Notes: a model not told the origin generated them from the letters alone. A stretch of DNA of 63,857 nt, filler included, from Choristocarpus tenellus KU-1152 (GCA_964200185.2; 9 parts of 9 records of this genome joined end to end with filler, not necessarily neighbours in it); one strand, 5' to 3'. Shown: positions 13,249-33,201, counted from the whole stretch's first letter. Translations and numbers: made by a program.

Positions 13249-13410
13249 GGCTCAACGTATTTTTGGGGGGTGGCGGCTGTCAATTTGGTGGGGCCCATTT
13301 TTCCATGTGACAATGTTTGGGCGATTTGGTTGCATGCATTGGATGGATAATGTAAGTGCACCTATCCTGGTCAGGGCCTGAATGGACACCCTGATGTAAC
13401 CCCCCCCCCC
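13249..13410 (+). mobile_element. MITE family B (subtype B1), cut at poly-C by linker
   Basis: GGCTCAACGTATTTTTGGGGGG ... AATGGACACCCTGATGTAA(C)n. Confidence 0.88.
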
Positions 13411-13739
13411 NNNNNNNNNNNNNNNNNNNNNNNNNNNNNNNNNNNNNNNNNNNNTTAATTAATTAANNNNNNNNNNNNNNNNNNNNNNNNNNNNNNNNNN
13501 NNNNNNNNNNCTATGTATTACTAATATCGTATATTATTCGTACTTGTCAGAACCCAAGAAACAATCCTCTCACTCTACGTCTGTTACAAATGTTCGTATT
13601 TCCTGAAACATGAGGATAAAATGTTCGCGCTATTCGCGTGTATCAAACGCTTGCACTTCGTTGAAATACAAAAAGAAACGCTCGCGCTATTCGCCTTTAA
13701 CAGATCTGCTGGCGGTGAGTCTAAATCTATGGGAGGGAT

Positions 13740-14631
13740 CTGGCATGCTGGTTCCAGGGGTTGTATGGAGGCCCATACATTTGCCCCTTGTCCACACTGG
13801 CTCTGGTGGCAGGCCAGGGCTAACGAGGAACTTTCCTTCTGCTTCGTCAGGTAAGTTGGCCAATTGCGTCCAGAAAGAGTCGAAGATACATATTATACAT
13901 GCTGGTGTGGAATCAGGTTTGTTGTCTTTAATTATACTGTTGTTGCCATATGCCATATGCCGTTATACTGATTGAAGATTCCTTGTCAGGAAATCCCGAT
14001 CCTAGTGGAGAGTCTTCCAAATAATACTATAGTAATATATATATATAGCTAAATAGGTTGGAGGCAAAGGCGGGCAGTGGCGTAGCATAGCTGGTAGTAA
14101 AATAGTAAGTCGAAAAAGTCTTATTTAGGCTCCTTGAGCTCCTCAAATTCTGAAAATAGTCGGCCAAGTTTAACGACAAAATCGGTGCTGTCCTGAGACG
14201 CTGTGCACCGTGATTATTGGAGTTTTGCCTCCAACGTGATGACTTGAACGGGGATTTCGTCCTCTGCGCGTCCACCGTAGACTTGTTCTAGTTCCAACCA
14301 AGCTCCTCTGCCGTCTGGTTGTCCTCCATTTTCGTATTTCGTGACAATCGTGGATGCTGATCCTTTCGTTGTTTGTAGAAGAAGGAACCATAACGCCTTG
14401 TTATTCTTCGAGTATGTGGCATATGCCGTACGCACTGCCTCTCCCGAGATGGTGATGGGTGTTTCGGGAATCTCGTAGTCCCTTGTCGTAATCTCGTACA
14501 AGCCCTTTCCACCAGTGCAGGCGATCAGTGACAGTCTCCAAGTTGACCAGGTCTCCAATGACCTTCCTGTCGCCCCTGTCCAGACAGCAAGTTTCTTCAG
14601 GTCAGTCTCCATACGACTTAGGCTCATAACC
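13740..14631 (-). mobile_element. Ty1/Copia LTR retrotransposon remnant (PBS plus decayed gag)
   Basis: Minus strand reads ...TGCACA (LTR-end CA) then GGTTATGAGCC (14631-14621, half-tRNAiMet-type PBS). Gag-like ORF follows, with DGRGAWLELEQVYGG and an in-frame stop at 14214. Confidence 0.8.
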
Positions 14632-14850
14632 TGTGCAAATTACCTTGGGAGGCAATGCTATTTCTCAGTAGTGAAGAAAAGAGGGTGTGAAGCCTCACAC
14701 GACCCCTTTCTTTGCTGAACGTGAAAAAGAATGGATGGTTAAAATCAGAAGAGTGCCCTTTGTGTAGTGTCTTCTCATTGCTTGTTTATTATTTATTTGT
14801 GCTTCCTATCTGAGTCAACGGTCATGTCAAAGGAGTTGAACCACATATAG

Positions 14851-14946
14851 GACATCTGTTACTTTTTCAGGGGTCGTTCTAATATTTCATTAACTTTTCA
14901 TTGGTTTTTCCCCTGACACATCTGCAAAATGTCAGAGGGCATAATA
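14851..14946 (+). repeat. Repeat family D: stem-loop plus (ATA)n tail (also 32961-33015, 33461-33553, and 53699-53735 on minus)
   Basis: CCCCTGACACATCTGCAAAATGTCAGAGGGCATAATA shared by four loci (the 33461 copy is diverged). 5' extent and tail length vary. Confidence 0.8.
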
Positions 14947-15469
14947 TTAAATATATATACTAGCTCTGTGCCATAAGTTTGTTCCACGAAACACCTGGGC
15001 TCACCAAGCAAGAACAGCACCGAAGCAGACGATAACCCTACAGAATGAAATCGGGTTGACAATCTCAGTTTTCAGAACAGGTGGGGGTCGAGGATCATCA
15101 GCGACAAACTCGAGGTGCTTCAAGCCATCAAAGTAGGGGTATTTCGGGATGATTTTGAGGCCAGAACTGGGCACATCGAGGGTCAGAACATCAGAGCATG
15201 GCAGCCCCCCCGTCAACCCCCCTGTATAGAAAGGGCGCCCAAGTGTCTCTGAATACCAAGGTTGCACTTGCAGTGCAGCATGCCCTCGCGATGGTCTAAG
15301 GTGAACATAAACTGCCACAACAAGTTTGGCCAGCCCTCGCAGCGGAGTTTGGAGTGCCAAGCATTACATACGAGTGCTCTGGGAGGACATTGCCGATCAG
15401 CTCACCTGTGGCCACACGCTTAACCTAGGGGTGGCGACACGAGTGGGTGGCCTTCGGAGCTCACACCGG

Positions 15470-15870
15470 CCAAGATGGCCGCAATACATAGTATCATCTC
15501 CAATAATCGGTCATCCACAGTGCGTCAAGTGACAATGAAGATGGCCGCCAAGGGATTGAATTATAGCACAAGCACCATAAACAGGTGGTTGGATGATATG
15601 GGGGCCATGCCGAATTGCCGCAGGATCAAACCCAAGCTTAAATCGTGGCAAAAGGTATGGAGAATGGACTTTGTTTGCGATCAAGTGGCCCGGAAATGTG
15701 GTGTGTACGCCTCCATGGCAAAGGCGATCCATGTGGCTGAAACCTGATTTTACATGATGGCTGATGGGGAAAGGGTTGGGGTATTTCCGCATGAGGATGA
15801 TAGCGACCTTCCAGGGTTCCCTACTGTGCAGCACAAGAGTCATATCCCCAAAACCATGATCATTGCACCA
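15470..15870 (+). pseudogene. Tc1/mariner (DD39D-type) transposase fragment
   Basis: STSTINRWL..RRIKPKLKSWQKVWRMDF..AIHVAET*FY..VQHKSHIPKTM. Homologous to the element at 21301-23082. Confidence 0.8.
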
Positions 15871-16189
15871 TAGCAATACAACCACAAACTTGGAGGGAAG
15901 TGGGATGAGGCGCTGCAGGTCCACTCCCGCAGTCCTTCTTGAAGTCACGATCCTCTTCATTGCAGGCTCCTCCTCTTCATAAAGGTTCTCCTCGACTTCC
16001 ACCCCAATATCTTCCTCCAAATTATTGCCAGGAACAACCACCTCAGATGTTCTTGGAGCTTGTGCAACCTCTGCTGTTGCTCTCATCTCCTCCATACTCA
16101 CATTACCAATGGTAGATGCCATCGGGACTCCATCTATCACTTCTGCTGCTAGCTTGAGATGTCAGCATACTTCAAAGTATGCTAGCTAG

Positions 16190-16890
16190 CATGTTCAAGA
16201 ATGTGTAGGATCCCAAGTCTTGATATTGAAATATGTACATTAGTTCCTTCTCAGTTGTGTTGTAGTGGGTAGAAATTTGGAGTGAGAAACACCATCCAAG
16301 CAGGGGGGTGGTAGACCTTTCAGTCATCCTTGATCCCTAGTAACTCATCACTCAATATGTGTTACTTGCTACAACAATCCTTTTCTAGGATTCTTCTTAT
16401 GATACTACAATAACCCACATATTGTTCCTTACTTACTCAACAAAAAGATAACTATCAACTATCCAGTTATCCAACAGTTCTCCAACAGTTCTCCAATTAT
16501 CCAACAACTGATTGTTTCCTTAGTGAGTATTTTCCCACTTGAATTTAAAGCAACCTCTTGACAGAGAGCCGTGCTGGTTGGCAGACTGTTAAAGAATGTG
16601 TAGAATCCCAAGTGTTGATGTTGAAATATGTAGACTAATTCCTTTTCTGTTATGTTGTAGTAGTAGAAAGTTGGAGTAAGAAACATCATCCAAGCAGGGG
16701 GGTGTATGATAAACCTTTCACTCATCCCTAAACACTATTAACTCGTCACTCAATCTGTGTTACTTGCTACAACATTCCTTTTCTATAATTCTTCTGGTTG
16801 TACTATAATAACCCGGATAATATTTTCGTAGTCACCTGACAAAGACATTGCTATCAATTACGTTTACGTTTAACAACTCATTGTTTCTCC
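16190..16890. repeat. Diverged tandem duplication, ~395-bp period
   Basis: AAGAATGTGTAGRATCCCAAGT at about 16197 and 16592, followed by colinear GAAACAYCATCCAAGCAGGGGG and GTGTTACTTGCTACAACA blocks. Confidence 0.85.
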
Positions 16891-17385
16891 TACGGCACCA
16901 TCTCTTACACATGGATAAAAAGCTTATTCTTAACACAGACGTATACCAACAGTGGGAGTGGGAGGTGCAGCACATATCTCACTCCTCATTCATGGGCAGG
17001 ACAGGTTAGGGTCGATGTTTGGAAATCATCGAGGCACCCTGGACATAACAGACTTGTGGAAGCGTTTCTTGAGGATCAAGAACCCGCCAATTCATTTTGA
17101 AAAAATCAAGAGCTCTGAGCCCATCTCCGTTCTCACTTCTCCCGAAATGTATGTACCCCAGGAATAGTAGATATAATCTTTGGCAGACAGCATCATATCA
17201 GTTCGGAGATCGAAGGGAGAAGTACAGTCCCATCTGGTATCATCAAGTTACGTTTAAGGGAAATGTTAACCGTATTTGAACTTACAGGTTTGGGAGGGAT
17301 GTTAGGTCTGCAAAAATTATTATTCCCACTTACCAGACAAATCACGACTCAATTGCTGTGCTGAGACTGTCCCTGGTGCAAGCAT

Positions 17386-17559
17386 GGGTGAAAGTATCTT
17401 AGAGGGCACGGAATTTGTCCTGTTGGTCCGTTTGGGGCTTGGCTTCCCACGATTTTTTTATGGTAATTTACCTACTCCAATATGTTTCGGAGTAGGCAAA
17501 GGCTCAAAGTATCTGGGGGGGGGTGGCGGCTGTCCATTTGGGGTCAATTTTTTCATGTC
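17386..17559. mobile_element. Family A (17386-17500, minus) interrupted by family B1 (from 17501)
   Basis: GGGTGAAAGTATCTTAGAGGG ... GGAGTAGGCAAA|GGCTCAAAGTATCTG(G)n. Confidence 0.88.
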
Positions 17560-17659
17560 NNNNNNNNNNNNNNNNNNNNNNNNNNNNNNNNNNNNNNNNN
17601 NNNTTAATTAATTAANNNNNNNNNNNNNNNNNNNNNNNNNNNNNNNNNNNNNNNNNNNN

Positions 17660-17729
17660 CCTTTCCCACTTTTGGGCCAAAAGGACCCCCTGGGGTTGTC
17701 CCCCCCCCCCCCCCCATATACTTTGAGCC
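17660..17729. mobile_element. Family B right end
   Basis: (C)nATATACTTTGAGCC. The flank is not family A sequence, so this is a different copy from the one at 17501. Confidence 0.8.
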
Positions 17730-18320
17730 ATCATTTGGAAGCAAGAGATTTAATTTCAAAAACAGATGCCTACGAGTTTATATGCTGCAATCAGGCATCG
17801 TTTATTGTGCTCGAAGTTGGCTCAAAGAATGGCCAGTTAGCCTGAGTATGCAGCACCCAGAATGCCTTCCTGTTTGCAAAATACTTGGCAAAAGGTTGAA
17901 TACAAGTATGTTGTGAGCAACAAACGTTAATAGGAAGGGACCATGAAAAGGTACAGTGGGAAACTGAGTACATGAGTCCAAGCAATTGAGAACCTCAGTT
18001 GTTGGAGGGGCACCAAATGCAGGAGGGATGAGGAAGGATTTAGGGTGGGTGGACCAAAGTCGTCACTCATACAGGGATTGGTTGAGGTGACAACGAACAT
18101 TAAGATGAAGGAGGAAAAGGGATTTGTAAGTGAGATACTTCCTAATGCCTCCCTATGACAAATAACGCGTATAATTGTGGAGAATATATATTTTCTTATT
18201 TTCATATTGACACGGCGCCCTGATACTGTGGCTAATCACAGCACAGGGAGTGTCTTTCATTTTTTCCCAAGCAGCTACTGTAGTCTCTGTGTTGTGATTA
18301 GGTCTTCCTTTAGTTGTCAC

Positions 18321-24722
<6,402 letters not shown>

Positions 24723-24760
24723 CTTTCAAGAAAAAGATGGTACAGTGCCAAAAAAATTGA

Positions 24761-25059
24761 GAGTGAAAGTATCTTAGAGCGTACGAGTTTTTCCCTGTTT
24801 GTCCATTTGAGGCTTGGCTTCTCACGGGTTTTTAATGACATTTAACCTAATTTCGGAGTAGGTAAAATGTACATGCTATGAAAAGGTGTGTACGGAACAA
24901 GGATATTGACATTTCCTAACAAACATGGTAGCCAAAATGATATCAAAATTACAACGTTGGATTTTAGCCCCCCAAAAGGATGTGGGGTCAAAGTATCTGG
25001 GGGGGGGGGGGGGGGGGGGGGGGTGGGGGCGGGTTTTCACCTTTTTTTTTTTTTTTGGG
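24761..25059. mobile_element. Family A (24761-24984, minus) interrupted by family B (from 24985)
   Basis: GAGTGAAAGTATCTTAGAGCGTAC ... AAAAGGATGTG|GGGTCAAAGTATCTG(G)n. Confidence 0.88.
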
Positions 25060-26219
25060 NNNNNNNNNNNNNNNNNNNNNNNNNNNNNNNNNNNNNNNNN
25101 NNNTTAATTAATTAANNNNNNNNNNNNNNNNNNNNNNNNNNNNNNNNNNNNNNNNNNNNCTTCTTTCTCTTCACTGCGCCACCCCCCCTCCCCCCACTCT
25201 GATTCAGACTGATCCTCTCTCACCTTCAATTTTTTTTTTTTTTAATGAAGCACAACAGCGCTTGAAACCTCGTGTACTGATGATGAACCTTTGAACGTAA
25301 TTGTCACCACTGTTGCAATGTGATATGCCTTTCTAAGAGAGAAGAGGCGATAGCCTTTGGAGTACAACCTTCCGGTGATTTTCTTCATCGGGGCGTCCTT
25401 GTGACTCTCTATTTCCCTTCTGCTCTGTGGTTTCCTCTCTTGCGTCGGCTCGTTTGCCTCCTTAATCCAGCTATGAAGGCTGCCCCTCCACCTCAAGCTC
25501 TTGCATAACAAGGCAGCCAAGCAGCACCTAGGGTGCAACCAGGCGAGCAGGTGTAGAGAGGTGGAGGAGGGAAGAATCAGGATCGTCATTCCGGCTGTGG
25601 TACCCTTGGGGCAGGAGGTCTCTACTGTGAGGTTTGCTTGACAGGGTAATATGTAGGACTGAACAACTGTGTTGAGTCTACTTGTGTGTTGTGCTGTGTT
25701 GATCCTTGAGGAGATTTAGTTTTGGCACCACTGCCCCTGCCCTGCCTCTATGATTTAGTGAAGGCATCTGTCAACCAGTGGGCGAGTTTTAGTATTTTTT
25801 TTACTTTTTTTTTCAGATGCCTCTTGTTGTCTACACTTTTTTTTTGTTCAAAGCGCAACACTCCTGAAGTTGTATTCTTTCCACACGGTGGTACTTCTCT
25901 CTCTCTCTGTATATATATATATATACATATATATTGCTCTTTGCCTGACTGAAGTGCTGTCATACATACTTGTGATACTGAAAAACTTCTGTATATCGCT
26001 TATTCCACTCTGTTGAGGACTCTCACAGAATTTTGGGCACTTAGAGCAGGGGCAGTTGAGGTCCAGTGAGGTGGAAATCAAGTGGCAGGATACGACACCC
26101 TTGGCTGTTCATGGTTGACTGTTGGGGGTGGCTAAATGATGGGGCTTCCATTGATTAGCTGATGAGCCGTTTTCGGTATAGGTGTGGGTTGAGTGACTCT
26201 CCTCATTGTTTATCGTACC

Positions 26220-26900
26220 TGCTCACAGAATTGACAATGGCGTCCCTCTAACGAAAGCATCTGTGATTACACAGGTTTGGTGGGCAATCTGAAGGGAGAC
26301 AGTGGGGGGTAGTAGTGAAAGGTTTCCAAAACCCTGGATTGCGATAGATCTATAAGTGTATCTCAGATACCTATTAAATGTGTATATTAAGATATTGGAC
26401 AAGGCACATGATTGGTATAGTAGTTGTTGTTCTGCATAGTACGTACAACCAATCAGAGGGTTCATGTTTTAGGGATGACTCACCATGAAACCATGAAAAT
26501 GTGTTGACAAATTGTTCTTATCCATTTCAAAATCTTTTTGATATTATTGGACCTTTGAAGGTATGATGCGGCAAAGCGTATGGTGCGATTGGATTTTGGT
26601 ATTTTTCCTTTAATGGCTTCCATCGGAAACCTGAGATCCAGGATGATGTACTGAAGTGTCATGGTGCTGATGAATTGAGACCTGAATGAATAACTACGTG
26701 GAGTTCTGTTACCCTGAACACCTGTCCGTGGATAGACAATCGGTTGACATGGATACTTCAGCTTGGCTTACGTACTTGATTGTTTTCAGGCGATGTAGCA
26801 TTGGTTGCATAATGTGTTGGGGAGGAAACAGTTCTTGAGCAGTAGGTACACTATGCACAGTATGTTTGTTTAGTGGAAACGGACCCGGAGTGTGTTATGT
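26220..26900 (-). pseudogene. Possible heavily decayed non-LTR retrotransposon RNase H-like region
   Basis: Only weak motif remnants across frames (SDGS; YYAEQQLLYQ...IYT...SIAIQG). Many stops. Confidence 0.25.
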
Positions 26901-28931
26901 GGATGCTTTATGTTAAAGAGGAGGTGGGCTTGTCCAATCGGTGTCCTGAGCAGTTGTTGCTGTGCTGTCGTTACTGTGTAGGAGATTTTGGTCAGAACAT
27001 TCAAGGGAATGAGGAGAAGCCCTTTTGGAGGTGGCGAGCATGTGGTACTTCTAAGCATGAAATATGTATGTTTATATATAGCCAGTTCAACCTCTGTTGT
27101 CTTGTGTGGTAAGTAAGATTGAAGACAGAAAATGGATCTTTCGGAAGTAGGCTGTGCTCCCAAGTAACCACCTGATCAAAAGATCTTACGCAGGGGCATG
27201 TTTTACATGATGTCAGTATCTTTGTCGCTCCTTCACTCTGGGTGGATTGTTCTGTGCAAATGAGGGGCTCCAGGTGCCATTACGCCGCCTCTTCCTCCAA
27301 ATCCCTCCTCAAAAGTCTATGAGACTGTCTCTCTACAGTCAAAAACACTGCCATGAGCGATTCTCTGCAGCCTAGAAACTCTGTACTGCTGGAGTTGTGT
27401 GCCATATCTGGAGTATGCATTGCCACCTACATGAAGGACACGGGGATGGTCTTTTCAGTTACCCTCTTACCTTACCTGTTTGGACTGATTGGTAATGACA
27501 TAAATACAACCAATGACATTACCAACGGCATCTGGTGTACCCTATTGGGACTCTCACCCTACTGAAGTGTTCTCATCTTTAGATTTTATTTATTCCTATT
27601 TTGGAACCCTTAAGGTAGATAACAGTGCAGGTTGCGATTTTTTTTGAGGAAGAGTGTCAATGAATAGATTTAAGGAAGTGGAATCCACTCATCCTCACAG
27701 AGACGTGCCTTCATTGCAAGTGTTGTTTTCTGCTGACACCATGACTAGTTCCCCTCCCCCTCCTTGTTAGAGGAAACTAAAAAGGACTAACTTCAAAATT
27801 CAAGCCTTCCTAGTGTTGTGAACCAAAACAATTCACTGATGAAACTGAATTGACCAGAAGGCCTTGAATATACTCGATCCAACTTCAGTGCACGAGGTGA
27901 GGCACCCTTGAATGTTGAGTGACCCTAACCCTAAGTGACCCGTAGCACTGCGAGGATACAGCCCCCCCCCCCCCAGGTGGCGAGGAGCCCTCCCTGCTGG
28001 AGGTGCAAATTTTTTACTTACCCTCTTTTTCTGTTGCACCTTCTCCATTGCCAAGAGCACGACCTTCCATAATATCCGATACGGGCTGTTGAGGGTGTGC
28101 TGCTCAAGGGAGGAGGAAGAACATGTGATTTTTTGGGGGTCGATTGCGAAGGGCGAAGCCGGACTGACTTATCATCACTTCAAGACGAATCTCCTTTACG
28201 CAAGATAGATTTTTGGGATGTAGACAAAACAAAAACACAGCAACCAAAAACAGAAGTATTCTGTACTGCTCACAAATCCGAAGCACTGCAGAAAAGAAAA
28301 AAAAGGACATAATGAGTCCAGTAGAAATATTTACGCTAAAAAAAACCCCCAGCACACAGCAGGTTGTTAAAAAAAAAAAGGGAAACAAAATCCTGAGTAA
28401 CTGCAGTTTTTTTCTTTCTTTTTGGTTGTGATCTCCTGTATTTCTCAAATCCATTGAACTGTGCCTACTGAACTGTTGTGATTACCAACATCATCAGTGT
28501 GTGCACAAGTGCAAAGGGAAAAAGACTGCATCGTAGATGGCAGCACACCTCAAATAACTTTTGCAAAGCTGGACAGAGCTTGTGATGGTCTTTTGCCTGT
28601 TATCACTACTGATAATGAAGTAATTTGCTAATTCAGTCATTAAAAGTCTTCAACTGAGCGATGTATGGACCAGACAACAATATCTCTGAGAGCCGATGCT
28701 TCACTCTCCAGTGTACTAGCCAAAACAACTCCGAAGACTTAATCATGTCCAAGCAACACCAACAACACTTCATAACAAATGCACAATCTCAGTAACACCA
28801 AGCTCAAGGAACTATGCTCTCCTCCGCAATCAAAGAAAAAAACAAACTAGTCAAGCACACCAGGTTTATGATCAAGGAGAGCATGGACTGTAGCAACAAA
28901 ATTGGATCCACATCAAACATGGAAGTACCTC

Positions 28932-28984
28932 ATGGCTGCATGAAACGCTCACAATGGCTGCATGAAACGCTCACAATGGCTGCA
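28932..28984. repeat. 22-bp tandem repeat, about 2.4 copies
   Basis: ATGGCTGCATGAAACGCTCACA repeated. Confidence 0.9.
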
Positions 28985-31666
28985 CCTCTTTGAACCATGT
29001 ATCAGTTTGTAGTCTATATGCACACAACGCGAGCTTGCTGTACACCATTCCAAAGTGTGACGTATCGGTAAGTTCCCCCAGGCTGCTGCCCGTGTGCTCA
29101 CTAGGCAAAAGGAGACAGTGGTACTTCAATAAAGTGTTACTTTGAATGTGACACCTCTGAACTCACAACTGTAGAGGCCTACTTCACAAAACACTCAGGG
29201 AGATGCAAGAGAGCCTCCAGTAACAAAAGTGTTGCTGTGTGTATCCTTTGGATCAAACACCAATGGAGCACCTATTTCCTGATTCGACAGAGAGCGTAGC
29301 AACACAAGATACTCATGATGCAACATGTCCCGCCACACTCCAGTAGTAGTACTACTGCTGTTTTTGAAGGATATGCAAGCTTGCACAGAAAATAAATTTT
29401 ATCACTCTCTACAGACCACTCTCAACGTACTGTACACTCATGTGCCCTCGGTCAGTCACCCTTATAAATTGACGTACGAGGCATAGCTCTAGAGTTCTAG
29501 GTGTCGAGATATCGAGTCATCGAGTCATTGCTATACCAATCAGGCAGTAGTCTTGTGCAGGAGGTATAGCATCACTTCAATATCTTGACATGTACAATTA
29601 TCTATCCTAATTTCTTGGTCTCTCCTTTTGACTGAGGGAATAAGATAACACATACTCTACTGAACTCAACCACTTCTACAAGGTAGGGGATTGGGGGAAC
29701 AACTCGCAATCCAGAGCTACATATCCCAAATACCACGGGTATATGAACGGAACCTCGATTTTCTTCCACAGAGAAAATGGTCACAGACAGGAACAGGAAC
29801 CAGTGGTACCTAAATCCTTGTCCATCAAATACGTTCTTTGCGACAACCTTGCGAGGGGGCAGTGTACAATAATCAGCTTGTACCATTACACCTGATCAGT
29901 GGATTCCAGTGACATGAGTGGGCATCTCAGTCACTCCCTGTGATACCACCAGTTGCATCTTCTATCGATCATGAGATGTACTCACTAGGAACAACCACAG
30001 CCCAGAATGCCGTGATCACGCCGCTCCCCAACGCGCAATGTTGAGCCTTCGACACTCCCTCTCCACATGCTGGTGCAAGCGACTCCTAGCAACCTCTCGC
30101 TTCACCATATCTCTGTCTTCTCGGTTCAGGCCCACCAAGCTGGGCCGCAATACCCCCACTCCCCTCCGCATTGGACCTTTTGCACTGTTCTGCCGATCAG
30201 ACTGCCGAGAACGTTCGGCCTTTAAGGCGAGGGACAGGAACGGTGGGCGGGGATGTATTATGCTTGGCTTAGATTTCCCTTGAGGTATAGGCCTATTGAA
30301 CTTCTTGCCCAGAACCAACCTTTACCTTTCTGTTCAGCTCCACCAGGCTATTGGACCTGTTTGTTTGATTCCAAATCCACTTTGAACGAGTAAACCTTAC
30401 CAGTCCAATATCTATCAGGAGACCTGGGGGAATAAGGTGTTAATTCTATCTAGTCTGGGCTATAGATATATCGCAACTCCAGACTAAATGACAAAGTATC
30501 AGATAGCATTTGCATCTCCTTTCCTTACCTCATTGTCGGTCTGGTAGGCGGAGGCAGGAGTCGACGGTTGACTCTCTTTATCTCCTTCTTCCTCCCCTCC
30601 CCATGTAAAATCGTCCGCATCAGAGTCGCTATCTTCATCTTGCGAAAATTCCCCCCCCCTTCCACACCGCACATCTTCGTCCACCCCTCTTCGTGGTTCA
30701 ACATCGCTGTCTTTGAGGAAGACAAAGAAGGCTAGAAAGGCTACGAAAGATAAAGTCTTCCATCCGTGAGGAGGAGGGGGAGAATACACCTGCATGTAAC
30801 TGTCCCACGCACGGTTCCAGGAAAAATTACCGCAGGTATGACCACCTCACCTTGATCCAGTGATCTACTCCATTTATGGAGATAAGGTTGAAACTCCAGA
30901 AGGATAGGACCTAGTTATATGATTTAAAAATAGTATTTGTTATTACAAAGGTTGTGATATGAGAGCCATCTTCCACAGAGGGTATACCCTGAAGGCAACC
31001 TATCTTGAACATTATGATATTCATATGACATTTGTTCTTGCATGTTGTTGAAGATAATATCTGCTTGAGGGGACCTTACAAACCCCACTCGTTCAGTTAC
31101 CACCTGAACACTCTTTCCTGAGTGATCTTCTGAGGGATTGCTCTCCCTTTTTGACTTGTCTCTCTTTGATCTTGCCTCCTGTGGGTCTTCCCGCTCCCCT
31201 TCATCACGAAGAACATGTCGGCTTGTTTCCATCTGTTTCAAAGTGATTTATTTGAAATAATTTGTGATAGTAAAAAGACCCCGTTAGATCTGACACAAAT
31301 ATTTCTACGTTCTTGATTAATAATTCAACTACCACTCCTACTCTTGATAATCAAGGGAAAAGGTTGAGGTGAGGGGATTCTGTTACAGGCGATTTTTTTT
31401 TTAGGTATTCATCAATCCTGTCCTATATTCTCCCACACTACTATTATTGTTAATAAATACAATTTAATGTGATGTGTGAAAGAGTGTTATAAGTATGTTT
31501 TGTACAACGCTTGAAGAGTTTTCAGGAAAAAAAAATGAAATGAGATAGATTTATCAAGTGTTGAATATAAAACTGTGACTACACATTGGTGTTTCAGTCT
31601 TCAGGTAGTATCCCTTTCTTTTACCTTTCTCGTGGAAGCCTCCCATGCATCCAACTCTATCCACAT

Positions 31667-31989
31667 AACAGCCGATTTCAAAAATTGAGGATGGAGCTTT
31701 TCATTGAGGATGGGCTTGACCCAAAATTGACTGGGATAANNNNNNNNNNNNNNNNNNNNNNNNNNNNNNNNNNNNNNNNNNNNTTAATTAATTAANNNNN
31801 NNNNNNNNNNNNNNNNNNNNNNNNNNNNNNNNNNNNNNNTTGACCCAAAATTGACTGGGATAAAGTGTCGATATGTTTTTTTTTTTAATTAAAACCCCCC
31901 CCAACATATCGACACTTTATCCCAGTCAATTTTGGGTCAAGCCCATTCTCAATGAAAAGCTCCATCCTCAATTTTTGAAATCGGCTGTT
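31667..31989. mobile_element. Foldback MITE family C on both sides of a linker
   Basis: acat|AACAGCCGATTTC ... [linker] ... GAAATCGGCTGTT|agat. The two arms overlap across the linker. Confidence 0.85.
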
Positions 31990-33201
31990 AGATATTCTCT
32001 TCAAATTAAGGTCTACTCGAAAATTGGTGTAACAGATCAAGTGGTCAAAAGTCGGACGGGAGAAATTGGTGATTATGCCTCTTGATAGGAGACAAGTTTG
32101 TTTCATGTAAAAGTCAATTTTCGGCTGGCATTCCTGGGGCTTAGTGTGCATTTTATTCTCGGACCAACTCTGTCCGTACGTCTCACTTCGCCCAATGATT
32201 GCGCAATACCGTCCCATGATTGCACTTTCTCATGCCATATGATTGGTTAGAGAATTTTATTCTCCTACGCCATATTATTCTTAATACCACAGTTCCCCCC
32301 TTATTTTTTTGTAAAGTTACAGTGGTAGAGCTGTAGACAAGGATAATAGGACTGATGATGGACAGATGGGTTGATAATCACACATTACTAGTTTAAAGTA
32401 CTATGTAGTGATGTTCGAAAGAGGAAACAACTGACAGGTATTGTAAAAGAAGGGAAGCAACAACAGACAGCATACTCGAACTTGTGATCGAAAAGGCAAT
32501 GCAAAACAGCGCAAAAAGAAATAAGACCTATCTATTATATACCAAAGAGCAGGTTCATAAGTCAAGTCCCACAACGAGGTAGAAGAATTGAAGAGAAAGA
32601 AGATCACAATTAATTCAAGAATCACCTCCAGCATCAAGGATCCCATTATTATTAGTTCAAGAAGAGGCACACACATATCTACAACATGCACTTCAGAACA
32701 TCTAGGTGAGTCCTTCCACCTACCTGGTAGATACAACATACAACCATCAACACGCGAAGACCCCTGTTCCCTTCCCCCCTCCAAAAAAGGAGAACAAGAG
32801 TAGAAAAGCTCAGCAGAAATGACTTCACAGGTAGTTGGTGGCCACTGTTGCTCTTGTGTGGCAGTGGTGGGGTGACCCTTTCATTCCGCCATAATGTGTA
32901 TGGGATGGGGTGCCAAGATTCTGTGATCGGCAATGTAATCGAAGTATATCAGCGGCTTTTCATTGACTTTTCCCCTGACACATCTATCTGGAAAATGTCA
33001 GAGGGCATAATAATACCATTTCAAATCCTGTCTATGACAGAAAGTGTCTGTCACAACACAAGTACCTCTACCTAGACGTGCCATGTGTTTTAAGTTGGAG
33101 AGACACCAGGGAGATGGGCAAGGAGGGGCTTGTTAAATTCTTGGGATGCTTCCCTACCTCCTCACCCTGGGGTACAGGACTAAGCTAGGTTGGAGGTACT
33201 T

